A stretch of DNA of 64,000 bases from Planctomycetota bacterium (GTDB taxonomy: Bacteria > Planctomycetota > SZUA-567 > H5-PLA8), in contig JBBRPR010000038.1 of the NCBI GenBank assembly GCA_038227875.1, positions 1 to 64,000 of the forward strand, written 5' to 3'. Position 1 is the first letter of the stretch. Each line of letters begins with the position of its first letter. Below are positions 61,799 through 64,000 of this stretch, one piece after another. The notes below the pieces were generated by a model. It was not told where the DNA came from. It made no database searches and worked only from the letters and a program-made list of their open reading frames with translations. The translations under genes were made by a program, and so were the position numbers.

Positions 61799-64000
61799 AT
61801 GCGCAACCGCTTCCCCGCCCTGCTCATCCTCCTCGTCGCCACTCTGACAGCTCAAGCCGCCGAGCCCGTGAAATGCCCGGACACGCGCGACATCTGGATC
61901 TCTGTCGTCGACGACCACGGCGAAACCAGCGGCGGCAAAGCGGGCAGGATCAAGCTCAAATGCTGGCAGGAATACGGGCTCCTCGACTTCGACGTCTCCG
62001 CGCTGAAAGGCAAGAAGATCGAGAAGGCCCAGCTCTTCATCGCGCCCGAAGGCGGCGCGGTCTTCGGCGGGAACCGTGGTACCGACCTGCGCTGGTTTAC
62101 CGTCTCCACTGTCAGCAGCGAGTGGGTCGAAGGCGAAGGCCAGCAGTACGGTAAGGACGACGCCGGACACGGCTCGACGTTCAACGAAGCCAGCTACAAG
62201 ACGCGTCCGTGGACGGTGCCAGGCTCGAAACTCTGGGACGTCACGCTCGGCAATGGCAAGACGCTGCGCTTCGATATCGATGCCGGCGACCCGCAGAACG
62301 GCTGGTTCGCCATCCCGCTCGACAAGCGCCTGGTCGAAGCGCTCGTCGCCAAAGCCTCGTACGGCTTCATGCTGATGGACGGCTCGACGGGCGTCGACCG
62401 CAACTGCAGCGTCGGATCGCGCGAGAGCGGCAATCATGCCCCCTACCTCCTGGTGACGCTCGCCGGCGACAACGTCGAAGCGCCGAAAGCGCCGCAGGGC
62501 CTGAGCCTCAAGCCCTCACCCAACGACGCCAGCACCGCCAACGGCGCGGCGACGCTAACATTCACGGTTCCCGAGAATGCCTTCGCCTACCAGATCAAAG
62601 TCGACGGCAAGGAACTCCCGCGCTGGCAGATTCCGTTCGCCGCCAAGGCTGGCTCGCAGCAGACGATTTACCTCGAATACCTCGCGCCAGGCGCGGACGT
62701 CAACGTCGAGGTTGCGGCCGTCGACGTCTCCGGCAACGTCTCGCCGGTGGCCAGCGTCAAAGGCAAAGCCAGCCCGAATATCACGGTGCCGTCGCTGCCG
62801 GAGTCCGATTGGAAGCCCAAGGGTGGCGAGTCGGGCGGCGATGCCGCGCTGAAAGTCTGGGCCTTCCCGGAAGTCTCGAAGCTCGATCCGCTCAGCGGCA
62901 AGATCGCCTGCGAACCGGGCATGGATACTGCCAGTGCGAAGAACAGCGTCTGGGACGGAGCGACCTCGACCGTGCGCGTCGCGGCGGCGCGCGGCGAGAT
63001 TGCGTCCTTCCAGCTGGCCCTCAACGCGCCCGGCGGCGCGGCCAGCGGCATCAAGATCGACATCAAGGGACTCGACGAAATCAAGACGCGGCTCTGGCGC
63101 GCGTGGTTCTTCTCCTTGAACAAACAGTGGCAGGGCGATTACGCCATCCCGCTGGCGGCAGGCGCGGCGCTGGCGATCCCCGCAACCGACAACAATATTC
63201 CGGGCCAGAAGTCGGCGGTGGTCACCGTCGACCTGATCGTCCCTGAATCGGCCAAGCCCGGCGACCACGACGGCACGATCTCGATTACCTACGAAGGCGG
63301 CGCGGAGATCAAGCTGCCACTGAAAGTGAAAGTTTACGCGGCGGTGATCCCCAAGGAGCCGCACTTCAATCCCGAGATGAACTGCTACGGCGGTCCCGGC
63401 GACGCGGGCACGGATTTCTTCTTCGATTCCTTCCGCCTCGCGCACTACCACCGCTCCACGATCAACCGCGTGCCGTACTCGCAGAGCGGCAATGTCCATC
63501 CCGACTACGCGCCGAAAGTCGGTCCGGATGGCAAGGTCACCGACTGGTCGGTCTTCGACAAGAATCTCGGGCCGCTGCTGGACGGATCCGCCTTCAAGGA
63601 CAACCCGCGCGCCAACGTCCCCGTCCCAACGCTCTACCTGCCGATGATGGAAAACTGGCCGCTGCCGATGCTGCCCAACTACAACCCCGGCGGCACGTTC
63701 ACCGGGAAGAACTGGAATCCGATCCACCACATGAAGGCCAAGTCGCCCGAGCAGTCGTTCACGCAGAATTACAAGGACGCCTTCACCAACAACGTCGCCG
63801 ACTTCATCAAGCACTTCGAAGAGAAGGGCTACACGAAGACGCTGGCGGAAGTCTTCTTCAACAACAAATACAGCTTCAGCAACGATGGCATCAAGGGCAC
63901 GGCGTGGATCATGGACGAACCGTTCATCGCCCTCGACTGGAATGCGCTGGCCTTCTACAGCCGCCTGGCGCATGAAGCGATGAAGCAGCAGAAGACGGCG
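61799..64000 (+). CDS. Secreted multi-domain glycan-active protein (DNRLRE/CBM-like, FN3-like, GH123/DUF4091-like), 3' partial
   Basis: Absent from the ORF track because it has no stop in the window. AAAGGA RBS, MRNRFPALLILLVATLTAQA signal peptide, LLDFDVSALKGKKIEKAQL, ARGEIASFQL, WIMDEP; appears open to the window end. Confidence 0.82.
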   Translation, partial: MRNRFPALLILLVATLTAQAAEPVKCPDTRDIWISVVDDHGETSGGKAGRIKLKCWQEYGLLDFDVSALKGKKIEKAQLFIAPEGGAVFGGNRGTDLRWFTVSTVSSEWVEGEGQQYGKDDAGHGSTFNEASYKTRPWTVPGSKLWDVTLGNGKTLRFDIDAGDPQNGWFAIPLDKRLVEALVAKASYGFMLMDGSTGVDRNCSVGSRESGNHAPYLLVTLAGDNVEAPKAPQGLSLKPSPNDASTANGAATLTFTVPENAFAYQIKVDGKELPRWQIPFAAKAGSQQTIYLEYLAPGADVNVEVAAVDVSGNVSPVASVKGKASPNITVPSLPESDWKPKGGESGGDAALKVWAFPEVSKLDPLSGKIACEPGMDTASAKNSVWDGATSTVRVAAARGEIASFQLALNAPGGAASGIKIDIKGLDEIKTRLWRAWFFSLNKQWQGDYAIPLAAGAALAIPATDNNIPGQKSAVVTVDLIVPESAKPGDHDGTISITYEGGAEIKLPLKVKVYAAVIPKEPHFNPEMNCYGGPGDAGTDFFFDSFRLAHYHRSTINRVPYSQSGNVHPDYAPKVGPDGKVTDWSVFDKNLGPLLDGSAFKDNPRANVPVPTLYLPMMENWPLPMLPNYNPGGTFTGKNWNPIHHMKAKSPEQSFTQNYKDAFTNNVADFIKHFEEKGYTKTLAEVFFNNKYSFSNDGIKGTAWIMDEPFIALDWNALAFYSRLAHEAMKQQKTA

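Noticed and set aside
62555..63973. 472-aa minus-strand ORF, plus overlapping ORFs 61784-62437 and 62209-63246
   Set aside because: These are antisense or out-of-frame shadows of the plus-strand gene starting at 61799, which has an RBS, signal peptide and recognisable motifs but no stop in the window.

Overview
GC-rich bacterial DNA, most likely Planctomycetota: the 5' end of a 16S rRNA gene on the minus strand carries the EUB338-II target GCAGCCACCCGTAGGTGT. Most of the window encodes large secreted carbohydrate-active or surface proteins, with GntR, AraC and LacI regulators. Four things stand out. (1) A minus-strand operon (17095-33229) that reads like an usher-less donor-strand pilus system: four paralogous IPT/TIG plus pilin-like subunits, a chaperone-like protein, a PKD protein starting with a lone copy of the subunits' 'ISATVANR' strand, a small secreted protein, and a 3270-aa adhesin ending in the same pilin-like domain without that strand. 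(2) A secreted-protein gene with an in-frame TGA in a C-P-A-(TGA) motif followed by a bacterial SECIS-like hairpin, a candidate selenoprotein. (3) Three tandem FGE-sulfatase-fold genes whose 3' ends show the codon-position signature of DGR variable repeats; no RT or template repeat was seen in the window. (4) A basic ~140-aa C-terminal domain shared by three unrelated secreted proteins, a candidate sorting or anchoring domain. The window also has a GAF-GGDEF-Ser/Thr kinase-TPR fusion, REP-like palindromes, candidate operators and three disrupted reading frames. All family calls come from motif recognition by eye; no database search was run.
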